This document shows, piece after piece, positions 47,924 through 57,835 of a DNA stretch of 64,000 nucleotides (the first letter of the stretch is position 1; each line of letters starts with the position of its first letter). Source of the stretch: an uncultured Acidobacteriota bacterium (GTDB lineage Bacteria; Acidobacteriota; Vicinamibacteria; Vicinamibacterales; SCN-69-37); assembly GCA_963780895.1 (NCBI GenBank), contig CAWAEG010000001.1, positions 522,179 through 586,178 of the forward strand, written 5' to 3'. The notes under the pieces are model-generated. The model made no database searches. It was not told the origin of the DNA and saw only the letters and a program-made list of their open reading frames with translations. A program made the translations under genes and the position numbers.

Positions 47924-49065
47924 ATGAGAAAGCTGGCTGTCTGCCTGTCGGCCGCGTTCGTCCTTGCCGGCGCTCCCCGCGTTGCCGGACAGAGTACGCC
48001 GCCGCAGAATCCGCCCGCGCAGCCGGATCCCAGGAGCTGCAAGGTGTCCGGGCTGTCCCGAGCAACATCATCCAGAAAGTCATCGTGAAGGTGAACGGCG
48101 AGATCTTCACGCAAACCGAGCTCGTGCAGCGGCAGGTCGAAGCTGTCCGGCAGGAGAACCAGGACCCGAAGGACGTCAAAGCCTTTCAGGACGACGCCAA
48201 GCTCGCCGCGAAGATCACCGAGATTACCCCTGCCATCCTCGTCGATGTCGTCGACGAGCTGCTGATGGTGCAGCGCGGCCGCGAGCTCGGCATCAGGTTC
48301 ACCGACGAGAATTTCAAACAGGCGCTCGAAAACGTCAAGAAGCAGAACAATCTCGACGACGAAGGACTCAAGAAAGCCATTATCCAGGCGGGTCTCACGC
48401 TCGAAGAGCTGCGGCAGAACTTCGAGCGGACGTACCTCATGCAGGGCGTCCAGCAGGACATCATGCGTGACATGCGTCTCACCGAGGAAGAGACGCGGCA
48501 GTACTACGCGAAACATCCCGAACAGTTCATGCAGCCCGCGACCCTCTCGCTTCTCGAGATCGTCGTGAACGTGCCGGCGCGGACCGATCCGACGACCGGA
48601 CAGCCGGCGACCAACGTCGCGGAGGACGACGAGGCGAAGGAGAGGATCACGAAGGCGCGCGCGCGGGTGCTGGCGGGCGAGGAGTTCGCCAAGGTTGCCG
48701 GGGAAGTTTCAGAGGCCGGCTCGAAGGCCAACGGCGGTCTCGTCGGAACCGTCGTCGTGGATGAAATGGTGCCGGCGCTGCGTGACGCGCTCAACAAGCT
48801 GAAGCCGGGTGAGGTCACGGAGCCGATGCGATTCCCCGGCACATACAAGATTTACAAGGTCGAAGCGCGCTCAGTGGCGAAGGTGCAGCCGTTCGAGCAG
48901 GTCCGCGAACAGATCGTGCAGAAGATCTATCAGGAGCGTGTGGTGGGTGAGCAGAAGAAATACATCGAGAAACTGCGCACGCAAGCCGTGATCGAGTGGA
49001 AAGACGAGAATTACCGGAAGCTGTACGAAAAAGCGCTCGCCGAGCGCGGGAAGATCGGGCTGTGA
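47924..49065 (+). CDS. SurA/PrsA-like periplasmic peptidyl-prolyl isomerase/chaperone, probable frameshift after the signal peptide
   Basis: The main frame (ORF 47881..49065) has a SurA_N-like region (IVKVNGEIFTQTEL...) and a parvulin domain (...GGLVGTVVVDEMVPALRDALNKLKPGEVTEPMRFPGTYKIYKV). A convincing signal peptide MRKLAVCLSAAFVLAGAPRVAGQ is in another frame (ORF 47888..48088). The shift lies somewhere in 47990-48060. Confidence 0.7.
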
Positions 49066-49080
49066 CGGCCACACAAGCTG

Positions 49081-49149
49081 GCTGACCACCGCCGCCAAGG
49101 CTTCGGTGGTCCGCCGAAGCTTCAGCGAAGGCGGAAGCCCGCCCCTACG
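49081..49149 (+). repeat. ~69-nt REP-like element, copy 1
   Basis: GCTGACCACCGCCGCCAAGGCTTCGGTGGTCCGCCGAAGCTTCAGCGAAGGCGGAAGCCCGCCCCTACG. There is an internal hairpin GCTTCGG-N7-CCGAAGC. It is near-identical to the reverse complement of 62856-62925. Confidence 0.8.
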
Positions 49150-49156
49150 TACCCCC

Positions 49157-50216
49157 ATGAAAATCGGCTCACTGACACTCGACCATCCCGTCGCCCTCGC
49201 GCCGATGGCTGGCATGACCGACACGGCCTTTCGCCGGCTCGTCAAAGGGATGGGCGGCTGCGGGCTCGTCGTCACGGAGATGGTGAGCTCGGAGGGGCTG
49301 GTGCGGGGCATCGACCGCACGCTCGAATACGCGGAGTACACCGAGGCGGAACGGCCGGTCTCGATCCAGATCTTCGGCGGCGATCCGAAGGTGATGGCCG
49401 ACGCCGCGCAAATCGTCGAGGGCATGGGCGCCGATATCGTCGACATCAACATGGGTTGCCCGGTGCCGAAAATCGCCAAACACAACGCCGGCTGCAGTCT
49501 GATGCGGGAGCCGGCGCACGCGGCAGAGGTCGTGCGGGCGATGGCGAGCGCGGTCCGTATTCCGGTGACGGTGAAGATGCGCGCCGGCTGGAACGAGCAA
49601 GCCATCAACGCTCCGGACCTCGCGCGCATGGCCGAAGATGCCGGCGCGGCCGCCGTGGCAGTGCACGGCACGTACGGCGGCTCAGTCGTACACCGGCGAG
49701 TCGGACTGGGAGCTGATCGGCCGTGTCGCGAGAACCGTCGGGATTCCGGTGTTCGGATCGGGTGATTGCGTCGAGCCGGGACAAATCGTCAGCCGGCTTC
49801 GCGAGTCGGGCGCGAGCGGGGTGCTCGTCGGGCGCGGCGCGCTCCGGAATCCGTGGATCTTCAGCCAGGCCGCGGAAGCACTGGCCGGACGGGCGACACC
49901 GGACATCTCCGCCGTCGAGCGGGGCCAGTTCCTGCTCGACTACATGGACCTGCTGCTCCGTGAGCGAGTCGGCGAGGACGCCGGCTTCCGGCACACCGCA
50001 CCAGGTCAGCAGCCCGGCGAGGCGGTGCCGACGGCCCGAGGGCGCGAGCGCTGGGTCATCAATAAGCTGCGCGCCCTGGGATCCTGGTACACAAAGGGAC
50101 TTGAAGGCGGGTCGCAGCTACGGGTCGCGATCAACTCGGCTCAGTCGATCCCCGAGCTTCGGTCGCTCATCGAATCATTCTTCTTCGAGCCAGCGCTAGG
50201 TCTTCAGACCAATTAG
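49157..50216 (+). CDS. dusB: tRNA-dihydrouridine synthase (DusB-like), reading frame broken by a 1-nt indel
   Basis: MKIGSLTLDHPVALAPMAGMTDTAFRRLV...VDINMGCPVPKI...AAVAVHG | RTAAQSYTGESDWELIGRV...PVFGSGD... An extra base at 49670 separates ORF 49106..49765 from ORF 49638..50216. Confidence 0.88.
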
Positions 50217-50558
50217 CGGTGCCAGCGGCTCGGTCTTGGCATCGACCATCTCGCTCTCGAGGATCACGGCCGACTCGCTCAAGGCCCAGAACAAGCGACC
50301 CAGTTCCCGATGTAACGGGTGCGTCAGGTAGTTGATGAGGCTCTGCTTGTCCTCGAATTCCAGAATGCAGACGTTCAGATAGGTCTTTTCACCAAATGGG
50401 CGGGAGTAACCGGCATCAATTTCTACCCGTCGTCCTACCGAGGCGCGCCTGACGCCCGCGACTTCACGCGAAAGACGCTCCAAGAGTTGGGCACATGACA
50501 GAAGCAGCTCGCTGCTGGCGTCCTGCTTCGGATTGAAAAGAACGATGTGCGCGATCAT
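50196..50558 (-). CDS. Dabb (stress-responsive alpha/beta barrel) domain protein
   Basis: MIAHIVLFNPKQDAS...SVGRRVEIDAGYSRPFGEKTYLNVCILEFEDKQSLINYLTHPLHRELG. Confidence 0.7.
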   Translation of the reverse strand: MIAHIVLFNPKQDASSELLLSCAQLLERLSREVAGVRRASVGRRVEIDAGYSRPFGEKTYLNVCILEFEDKQSLINYLTHPLHRELGRLFWALSESAVILESEMVDAKTEPLAPLIGLKT

Positions 50559-51536
50559 CGATCGCGTTTGGGTCCACGAGGTCCTCGGGGCCCGCGAGAT
50601 TCACCGGGGCCGCCGAATCCTCCGCGCCGGCCGAATCCAGATCCCCCGGGCTTGAAAGGCCGACCCGACCCCTGTGGCTTCCCGCTTCCCCAACCTCCAG
50701 GCTTTCCCCCGCCAGAGCTCCCGGTGCCTCGAGCGCCCCAGCCACCTGACTTGCCAGCTCCAGATCCGCCGGGTTTTCGAGCGCCCCAGCCACCTGACTT
50801 GCCAGCTCCAGGTCCGCCGGGTTTTCGAGCGCCCCAGCCACCTGACTTGCCAGCTCCAGGTCCGCCGGGTTTTCGAGCGCCCCAGCCACCTGACTTGCCA
50901 GCTCCAGGTCCGCCGGGTTTTCGAGCGCCCCAACCACCTGACTTGCCAGCTCCAGGTCCGCCTGGTTTTCGAGCGTCCCAACCGCCGGACTTGCCGGCTC
51001 CCGGGCTGCCCGGCTTGCGAGCGCCCCAACCACCGGACTTGCCGGCTCCAGGGCCGACCTGGTTTTCGAGCGTCCCAACCGCCGGACTTGCCGGCTCCCG
51101 GGCTGCCCGGTTTGCGAGCGCCCCAACCCCTTGGCTTTCCAGCGTGCTCACTTCCGGGTTTCCGCGATCCCTGGCTTCCTGGTTCTCCGGTCCCCCAGCC
51201 GCCCGGCGTCTCCGGCTTGCCCCAGCTCCGTTTCTTGAATCTGGCTCTTTTCTGATCCCGCGTCAGCTTGAACCGCTCGCGCGGATCGACGTGGTCGCCG
51301 CCGGGCCGCCAGGTCGGCGGCCGGTCCGGCCGCATCCGGCGCTGGGCCTTGAGCGCGTCGCGAGCGGCGATCGGCGACTCCCACAATTGACCGCGGTCGA
51401 ACCAGCGAAGCACGACCGCCGGCTGTGTTCGCTGAAGTTGTGTCAGGGTCGGCACCAGGTCTTCACGATGTTTCGCGCGAAAAGACGTTGGCGTCGCGCC
51501 GTCCACGATCACCCAGAACGCGTGAGGCGCGGGCAT
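50555..51536 (-). CDS. Hypothetical protein: conserved-looking N-terminal domain + ~8-10 x 16-aa tandem repeats + RGG-rich tail; frame broken inside one repeat unit
   Basis: ORF 50601..51536 gives MPAPHAFWVIVDGATPTSFRAKHREDLVPTLTQLQRTQPAVVLRWFDRGQLWESP...RFKLTRDQKRARFKK. ORF 50555..51151 gives (GPGAGKSGGWGARKPG)n ...GRPFKPGGSGFGRRGGFGGPGESRGPRGPRGPKRDR. The two frames meet in the 49-nt repeat unit at 51018-51066. Confidence 0.7.
50730..51114. repeat. 48-bp tandem repeat array (8 units) inside the coding region
   Basis: The unit CGAGCGCCCCAGCCACCTGACTTGCCAGCTCCAGGTCCGCCGGGTTTT starts at 50730, 50778, 50826, 50874, 50922, 50970, 51018 and 51067. Units 2-4 are identical. Unit 7 is 49 nt. Degenerate copies flank both ends. 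Confidence 0.9.
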
Positions 51537-51543
51537 CAGGAAC

Positions 51544-52935
<1,392 letters not shown>

Positions 52936-53078
52936 TTGTGTGGTGCCGGTATTTTGACACGACCTCGGGTCTCTTTTTCACGAGACTGGGGAAAAGAAAC
53001 CGGATTCGTTTTCTCGGTGCCCCGCATTACCCATCCTCCCCTAACGGTTTTTTCCGCCGACTCCGATAGTCTGAATCG

Positions 53079-53303
53079 ATGATGCCTGAACGAAAGACCG
53101 TGTCGATTCCGCGAGCCTGCGAGCTCGTCGGGGTGAGCCGCCGGACCATCTATAACTGGCTGGCGGGCGGGAAAGTCGAATACGTGCGAACGGCCGGCGG
53201 ATCGGTCCGGATTTTTGCCGACACGCTCTGGCGCGAGCCCGGCGGAACACAGCAGGCGCCACCCAGCGTCGAGTGGAATGATCGGCTTCGCCGCGGTGCC
53301 TGA
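53079..53303 (+). CDS. Excisionase/MerR-like helix-turn-helix DNA-binding protein (74 aa)
   Basis: SIPRACELVGVSRRTIYNWLAGGKVEYVRTAGGSVRIF. Confidence 0.7.
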   Translation: MMPERKTVSIPRACELVGVSRRTIYNWLAGGKVEYVRTAGGSVRIFADTLWREPGGTQQAPPSVEWNDRLRRGA

Positions 53304-53574
53304 GACGCCGACACCGACGAAACCGTCGAGACCTGTGGATTCCGCGCCCGAGTCGGATCTCTTCCGACTGTTCCATCGACTGAACAATCAGCTCGGCGTC
53401 ATTCTCGCCAACGCTGAGTTGCTGGAAAGCCGCCTCACCGACGAGACCCAACGAGCCAGAGCCAGTCAGATCGTCGCGGGGGCGGTCGATGCGATCGCGA
53501 CCGTGCAGAGTCTGAGGCGGGTCGTCGCGCCGGAAAACGAGCGGGACCCAGGGTTGAGTCCGTCGGCGGGATGA
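53278..53574 (+). CDS. Small protein consisting only of a histidine-kinase DHp-like (H-box) helix pair
   Basis: Internal Met of ORF 53215..53574: MIGFAAVPETPTPTKPSRPVDSAPESDLFRLFHRLNNQLGVILANAELLESRL...AVDAIATVQSLRRVV. The H-box resembles the HDxxNxLxxIxGxxELL type. There is no ATPase domain. It overlaps the HTH ORF by 26 nt in another frame, so a frameshifted fusion cannot be excluded. Confidence 0.55.
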   Translation: MIGFAAVPETPTPTKPSRPVDSAPESDLFRLFHRLNNQLGVILANAELLESRLTDETQRARASQIVAGAVDAIATVQSLRRVVAPENERDPGLSPSAG

Positions 53575-53737
53575 CAGTTTTGGTAGTCCTGTCAAAGGCG
53601 TGACGAGCCAAAGAGGCGTTCGCACACGATTTCACAGCACTTCACATTCACGCACTTTCTCCTAACTACAACTAAATAAGCAAGTTAGCGAAAAGTTGCG
53701 ATCCAGGCCTGGATTCGCTTTTTATTTGCTTTGGGCG

Positions 53738-53752
53738 TGGCATCGCTGTTGC
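53738..53752 (+). promoter_or_regulatory. Sigma-54 (-24/-12) promoter candidate
   Basis: TGGCAT-CGCTG-TTGC matches TGGCAC-N5-TTGC(A/T). It lies ~45 nt upstream of the ATG at 53797. A 12-bp palindrome TCCAGGCCTGGA (53702-53713) and TTCAC repeats (53631-53655) lie upstream in an AT-richer spacer. Confidence 0.6.
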
Positions 53753-53796
53753 CCCTGCGATCGGCCCTGACCGTTCGACCTTTAGGGAGGATTTCG

Positions 53797-54603
53797 ATGC
53801 AACGGGCGCCTTTGGCGGGACATCAGCAGGATCGAGTCGCAGCGAGCTTGCCCTTCGTGGAGTCGCTGGCTCGTCGCATGGCATCGACCATGCCGCACTC
53901 GATCGATCTGGGCGATCTTGTCCAGGACGGCGTCCTCGGCCTCATCGACGCGGCACATCGCTTCGACGAGAGCCGCGGCATCAAGTTCGAGACGTTCGCC
54001 GAACGTCGCGTTCGCGGAGCGATGATCGACGCGCTTCGTCGTGATGCGTGGCCGCGCGGCGTTCGTCGCGTTCGGCGCGAGCTCGAAGCTGCGCGCGAAG
54101 AGCTCCGACGTGAGCTTGGCGCGGAGCCGACGCTCGCGGATCTCGCGCGCCGCGTGGGCGCCGACGAGGCACGGCTGGAGCGCACGATCGTGCGCATCAG
54201 CACCATCGAGTCCACGTCCCCGCTCGCCAATTTCGAAACGCTCGACAGCGCGACGCTGCCCGCAGTCCTTGTGCCGAGCGAGCCGCCGTCGCCGGATCGT
54301 TTGTTCGAGCAGGCTGAAGTCCGCGATCGGGTCCGCACGGCGCTCGCGCAGCTCCCGTCGCGCGAACGGAAGATTCTCGGTCTCTATTACTTCGGCGACG
54401 CCACGATGAAGCAGATCGGCAAGCAGATTGGCGTCAACGAATCCCGCGTCTCCCAGCTCCACGCGCGCGCGATCCAGCGCCTCCGGAAGATCCTCACGGG
54501 CGCCGGCGACGCGCCGGCCCTGAAGCTCGTCCAGAAACCGCGCCGAGCGAAGATGACAGCCGCGCCGGTGAAGACGAAGAGACGGCTGCACCGAGTCGCG
54601 TAA
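53797..54603 (+). CDS. FliA/WhiG (sigma-28) family RNA polymerase sigma factor
   Basis: Internal Met preceded by GGAGG. ...DLGDLVQDGVLGLIDAAHRFDESRGIKFETFAERRVRGAMIDALR (region 2). ...LPSRERKILGLYYFGDATMKQIGKQIGVNESRVSQLHARAIQRLR (region 4). Confidence 0.85.
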   Translation: MQRAPLAGHQQDRVAASLPFVESLARRMASTMPHSIDLGDLVQDGVLGLIDAAHRFDESRGIKFETFAERRVRGAMIDALRRDAWPRGVRRVRRELEAAREELRRELGAEPTLADLARRVGADEARLERTIVRISTIESTSPLANFETLDSATLPAVLVPSEPPSPDRLFEQAEVRDRVRTALAQLPSRERKILGLYYFGDATMKQIGKQIGVNESRVSQLHARAIQRLRKILTGAGDAPALKLVQKPRRAKMTAAPVKTKRRLHRVA

Positions 54604-54659
54604 GAGCTCAGCCAGAGGCTCTTGTCGGTACGACGGGTACGACGGGTCCCTGGAACATT

Positions 54660-54702
54660 CTGACGCTCGTCATCTTTTTTTGAAGAAGATGGCGGGCGTC
54701 AG
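54660..54702. terminator. Hairpin between convergent sigma-factor and kinase genes
   Basis: CTGACGC..CATCTT-TTTTTG-AAGAAGATG..GCGTCAG. Two stem segments (7 bp and 6 bp) with a T-rich loop. Confidence 0.4.
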
Positions 54703-54745
54703 TTCGTTCCACGGACCTGCCGTACCCGACGTACCGACCAGCGCT

Positions 54746-56349
54746 TTATCCGAGTGTCTCTCTCGCGATCCGGACGAGATCCCGCAACCTGAACGGCTTC
54801 GGTACCCACCTGCACCCGCTCTCCTCGAGAAACCGCTCGGCTTCGGTACCGGCGACGTCTCCCGTTACGAACACCAGCCGCCGCGCCACCTGAGGCATCG
54901 TGGCCGAGACTTCGCTGAAGAACATCATCCCGTCCACCTTCGGCATTTTCAGGTCGCAGATGATCACGTCGTAGTGCCGTTCACGCAGGCGCGCGAGCGC
55001 CTCTTCGCCGTTGGCGGCGCGATCCACCTTGAAGCCTTCGTCAGCCAGTGCCGCGGCGACCGCCTCGCCGAGCGCCAGCTCGTCTTCGACGACGAGCGCG
55101 CGGGTGCCCTTCGGCACCTCCTTGAGCGGCTGGGTGGGTCCGGCTTCGAGCAGCCGGACGTTGTCGCCGCTCACCGGCAACTCGAGCAGGAACGACGCGC
55201 CGCGGCCCCCTTCCGACCGGACGGCGAGCCGTCCGCCATGTTCCTGGGCGATGGCATACGCCACGGTGAGTCCGAGGCCGGTGCCCTTCCCGATTGCCTT
55301 GGTAGTGAAAAACGGATCGAAGATTCGCTTCTGCACGTCGTCGGGTACGCCGGGCCCATCGTCGTTCACCTCGAGGATCACGGCGTCACGTTCGGGCTCC
55401 TGCCAGGTGCGAAGGATGAGCGTGCCGCGGCCGTGTGCGTCGAGCATCGCCTGCTCGGCGTTGACGATGAGGTTCAGCAGGATCTGCTGGATCTGATGCG
55501 GATCGGCAAAGACGGGGGGAAGCCCCGCGGCCAGCGCCTCGAGGATCACGACGTGCGCGACGCGCTGCTCGTACGCCCTCAGCGCCAGCGTTTCGCGGAC
55601 CACTTGATTCAGGTCCACCGTCGTCCGGGTCGTGTGACGCTTCCGGGCGAACGTCTGCAGATTGCGCACGATCCGGGCGGCGCGCTCGGCGGCGTTGTGG
55701 ATGGCGTCGAGATCCCGGCGCGTCAGCTCGTCGAGCCGGCGGCCCGCCAGCCGCTCGGCGCAGGCAAGGATCGTCGCGAGCGGATTGTTCAGCTCGTGTG
55801 CCACACCCGACATCGTCTGGCCCAGAGCGGCCAGTTTCTCGGCTTGTGAAAGCTGGTGATAGAGGTCGCGCGACTGGTCCTGGAGCTTCCTGCGCTCCGT
55901 GACGTCGCGCATGATCGCCTCGACGTGCAGTCCGGACGGTACCGGCTTGGGCGGCGGAGGCGCTTTGCGGGTCTTCGAGGTCTTCGGCGGCGAGCCGTCT
56001 TGCGTGGGGCCGGCGCGGTGATCGGTTCAGCGCGTGCGGTGACTTCGGTCCAGATCGCCGACCCGTCGGCCCGCCGCAGCCGCAGGACGTAACCGCGGAC
56101 CTGGCCGTCGCGCGCGAGATCCTGCAGGAACTCCGTCCTGGCTTGTTCGTCCACGAACCGGTCGGAGTCCAGGGGCCGGATGTCGCCGACGGGCACGTCG
56201 GCGGCCCAGCCGAAGATCAGCCGGAGCTGGGGGTTCGCGGCGAGCGTGGTGGTGCCGTCCGGTGCGATCCGGCCGACGTACACACCTTCCTGCAGTGTTT
56301 CGAAGAGGTGGCCAAGACCTCGGGGGTCTTTTTGACGACTCAAAGACAC
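54746..56349 (-). CDS. PAS - HisKA - HATPase_c - REC hybrid sensor histidine kinase, reading frame broken between PAS and the kinase core
   Basis: ORF 55789..56349 gives a PAS-like N-terminus (...GVYVGRIAPDGTTTLAANPQLRLIFGW...GYVLRLRRADGSAIWTEVTARAEP). ORF 54746..55912 gives (SGLHVEAI)MRDVTERRKL...MSGVAHELNNPLATI...NDDGPGV...GTGLGLTVAY...ALVVEDE...IICDLKMPKVDG. The shift lies within 55935-56027. Confidence 0.85.
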
Positions 56350-56397
56350 GGGAACTCCTCAGTGTGTTTTTGAGTCGTCAGAAAGACTCCGGAGGTC
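56316..56397. repeat. Long hairpin of the GACCTCGGAGGTC family spanning the selenoprotein stop codon and the kinase start codon
   Basis: GACCTCGGGGGTCTTTTTGACGACTCAAA (56316-56344) pairs with TTTGAGTCGTCAGAAAGACTCCGGAGGTC (56369-56397), with a few mismatches. Confidence 0.7.
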
Positions 56398-56929
56398 ATC
56401 TCTTCGGCGGCATGGGGGTCGGCGTCCGCGTTGGCTGGTCGGCATATTTCGTATCGATCGCCTTGCGGATGTCGCTCACTTTGGCGCCCGAGTTGTACAT
56501 CTGCATCGCGTCACGCGCGACGTTCATGCAGATCTGTCAACCAACGCCGTGGTATTCCCACGCGGTGACCTTGCCGGAGCTGTCGCGGCCCGCGACGAAG
56601 CAATCGTCGTTGTGCTTGTGACCGGACCTCTGACATCCGCAGAAGCACGGCATGTAGCCGAGCACCTCCGGATGACGGGCGGCGAAGACATGAACCGCGC
56701 GGACGACCTCGGGATTCTCGCCCGAGTTGGCCACCGCGGCCGCCGGGAGCGGCGGCAGGTCGGGCGCGACGATGAACGCTTCGTTTCGAGGGTCCGGTCG
56801 CGAACGCGACGACTGCAGCTGCGGCGTGGTCACGGGCGTGGTCGCGTCGTCAGGTGACGAGCACGCGCTCGCGAACGCCAACGACGAGGCCAGCACAGCG
56901 AAGGAAGCGGTCCTCAGTCGTCTGAACAT
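56396..56929 (-). CDS. PCYCGC-motif lipoprotein, candidate selenoprotein (in-frame TGA at 56539-56537, UxxC)
   Basis: MFRRLRTASFAVLASSLAFASAC (lipobox)...GYMPCFCGCQRSGHKHNDDCFV...TAWEYHGVG-TGA-QICMNVARDAMQMYNSGAKVSDIRKAIDTKYADQPTRTPTPMPPKR. The frame stays open for 46 codons past the TGA, to a TGA at 56398-56396 inside a terminator hairpin. A SECIS-like stem-loop follows the first TGA. Confidence 0.6.
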
Positions 56930-56995
56930 CCGGGCGATCTTACCATCGTGAGCAGTTCGGGCAGCGCGACCCATCTCGCGGTACACTTTGCAGCG

Positions 56996-57835
56996 ATGTT
57001 CGCCGCGCGCGTGCTGGAAGGACAAACCGCGATCGTGACGGGCGGCGGCACGGGTATTGGACTCGCCATCGCGCGAACGCTCGGCCGGCAGGGCGCGCGC
57101 GTCGTGATCGCGAGCCGCAGCCAGCAGCATCTGGACGCGGGCACCGCCGCGCTCCGGGAGTCTGGGTGTGAATCGCTCGGCATTCCCGTCGACGTGCGGC
57201 AGCCGGACGCCGTCGACGCCATGGTGGATCGCGCGCTCGACGCGTTCGGCCGAATCGACATCCTGGTGAACAACGCCGCCGGCAACTTCATCTGCCGCGC
57301 GGAAGATCTCACGCCGAACGGATGGAACGCGGTCATCGGCATCGTCCTGAACGGCAGCTTCTACTGCTCGCGCGCCGTCGGCCGCCACATGATCGAGCGC
57401 GGCGGCGGCGGATCGATCGTGTCGATTCTCGCCACCTACGCGTGGACCGGTAGCGCAGGCACGATTCATTCCGCGTCCGCCAAAGCCGGCGTGCTGGCCA
57501 TGACGAAAACGCTCGCGGTCGAATGGGCACGCCATCAGATTCGCGTCAACGCCGTCGCGCCCGGGCCGATCGAATCGCCCGGCGCCGCCAGGCAGCTCTG
57601 GTCCTCGCCCGAGGCGGTGAGTCACATCACCCGCACTGTTCCGCTGGGCCGGTGGGGCACGGCCGACGAGGTCGCCAACGCGGTGCTGTTTCTGGTATCC
57701 CCGCTGTCGACGTACGTGACGGGCGACGTGCTGACCGTGGACGGCGGTCAGTCGCTCGGCGGGCCGTTCCGGTTTCTCGATTTGCCGGCGTCGGCCGAGC
57801 GGCCGCGTGACGACGTCAGGATGCGCCGCGAGTGA
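56996..57835 (+). CDS. SDR-family oxidoreductase (2,4-dienoyl-CoA reductase-like)
   Basis: Internal Met of ORF 56948..57835. LEGQTAIVTGGGTGIGLAIA...ILVNNAAGNF...SASAKAGVLAMTKTLAVEWA...NAVAPGPI. Confidence 0.85.
   Translation: MFAARVLEGQTAIVTGGGTGIGLAIARTLGRQGARVVIASRSQQHLDAGTAALRESGCESLGIPVDVRQPDAVDAMVDRALDAFGRIDILVNNAAGNFICRAEDLTPNGWNAVIGIVLNGSFYCSRAVGRHMIERGGGGSIVSILATYAWTGSAGTIHSASAKAGVLAMTKTLAVEWARHQIRVNAVAPGPIESPGAARQLWSSPEAVSHITRTVPLGRWGTADEVANAVLFLVSPLSTYVTGDVLTVDGGQSLGGPFRFLDLPASAERPRDDVRMRRE

Noticed and set aside
50730-51114. Regular 48-bp repeats as a possible CRISPR array
   Set aside because: The units are contiguous with no spacers. They lie inside a coding frame that translates to a coherent 16-aa peptide repeat. 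No cas genes or leader are nearby.
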